From the NCBI GenBank assembly GCA_019637895.1, contig JAHBUU010000001.1, positions 1 to 58,871 of the forward strand: a DNA stretch of 58,871 nucleotides, given 5' to 3'. A program made the translations under genes and the position numbers. The notes below the pieces were generated by a model, which saw only the letters and a list, made by a program, of their open reading frames with translations, had not been told where the DNA came from and searched no databases. Positions 58,261 through 58,871 of this stretch are shown one piece after another. This stretch comes from Pseudobdellovibrionaceae bacterium (GTDB lineage: Bacteria; Bdellovibrionota; Bdellovibrionia; Bdellovibrionales; Bdellovibrionaceae). Numbering within the stretch: the stretch's first letter is position 1; each line of letters starts with the position of its first letter.

Positions 58261-58871
58261 TCACTTTTGATCCTCCGGCGGAATCGGCGGCCAATAAACT
58301 TTACGGAGCCAGAACAAAGCCACGACACCCAAACTCATGACAAGAGAGCCTAGATATTTCAGCCATCGCCCTGGATCGTGATTCACGGAAAAGACCGAGG
58401 CGATCGGTCGCCCCATCTCGTCGTTTTGAAAACTGGCCTGATAAAAAGTCAGCCCTTGATAAACACCGGGCTCGTTCATCGAAATTTCGATCTGCCCGAG
58501 CGTCGGGAATTCGACCATGCTTTTGTATTCCTTGGCACGCTGAGTGCCCTCATAAGGAATCATCTCGAAGTGATCGAGTTTGATCGGAAAGCCAAGATCA
58601 ATCCGTCGGTTCAGATAGGAAACGAGATAGGCGGTGTTGTCCGTGAAGAGGCGAACCGTGTCGTTCAAAAGCAGCCAGTGAGATTTTCCCTGGAACTGGA
58701 TTTTCACAGCCGACGTCGTCAGTGGCGTCGGAGCCGGACGTTCCTCGAAATCCCAGCGCTCGCGAGCCTTCGGAAGAAAACGCAGCACGCGGAGCTCAAG
58801 CCCCATCCACCCCGTTTTGACCAGCCCCCCCTCTTCGACCATCCCGGAAGCCGCCGGTTCAGGTGCTTCAC
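58261..58871 (-). CDS. ccsB: cytochrome c biogenesis protein CcsB/ResB, C-terminal part (5' end beyond window)
   Basis: The frame is open to the window edge. 'FPIKLDHFEMIPYEGTQRAKEYKSMVEF', 'YQASFQNDEMGRPIASVFSVNHDPG' and the final TM helix are typical of ResB C-termini. It is adjacent to ccsA. Confidence 0.75.
   Translation of the reverse strand, partial: EAPEPAASGMVEEGGLVKTGWMGLELRVLRFLPKARERWDFEERPAPTPLTTSAVKIQFQGKSHWLLLNDTVRLFTDNTAYLVSYLNRRIDLGFPIKLDHFEMIPYEGTQRAKEYKSMVEFPTLGQIEISMNEPGVYQGLTFYQASFQNDEMGRPIASVFSVNHDPGRWLKYLGSLVMSLGVVALFWLRKVYWPPIPPEDQK

Overview
This is a gene-dense 58.9-kb chromosomal window. I recognised no rRNA, tRNA, CRISPR array, transposase, integrase or phage-like gene. 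The gene content tentatively suggests a Bdellovibrio-like (Bdellovibrionota) or related Gram-negative genome: a mevalonate pathway, alternative complex III and many secreted hydrolases. That assignment is inference only.

Block 1 (1-8029, + strand) is a tightly coupled respiratory operon. It encodes a pseudoazurin, a small single-TM protein and a CuA subunit II. Next comes a ba3-like (B-family) heme-copper oxidase subunit I in which the cross-linked Tyr is replaced (GHSSQQ instead of GHPxVY). It is followed by Sco1/SenC, a cytochrome b / 2x[4Fe-4S] / MvhD-like fusion protein, a second truncated HCO subunit-I paralog lacking the helix-VII His-His CuB ligands, and heme A synthase. This is my top candidate for an under-described system, possibly a NO-reductase-type or otherwise non-canonical HCO module.

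Block 2 (8-47 kb) mixes housekeeping and accessory genes. It contains map, a broken TonB-dependent receptor, a hybrid histidine kinase and an OPT transporter. The classical thrS-infC-rpmI-rplT-pheS-pheT-ihfA array lies on the minus strand but is split by inserted cassettes. One cassette is a 5-gene mevalonate/IDI-2 operon directly behind rplT. Another is a 4.4-kb cassette between infC and rpmI. The block also has several secreted proteins and proteases, a three-fold Cys-repeat protein, a putative cysteine-peptidase-like gene interrupted by in-frame stops, and a ~210-bp imperfect palindrome.

Block 3 (47.5-58.9 kb, - strand) carries a secreted Zn-metalloprotease, lspA, alternative complex III (actABCDEF), and the system II cytochrome c biogenesis genes ccsB (partial) and ccsA.

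All functional calls come from motif recognition by eye. No database search or computation was run.
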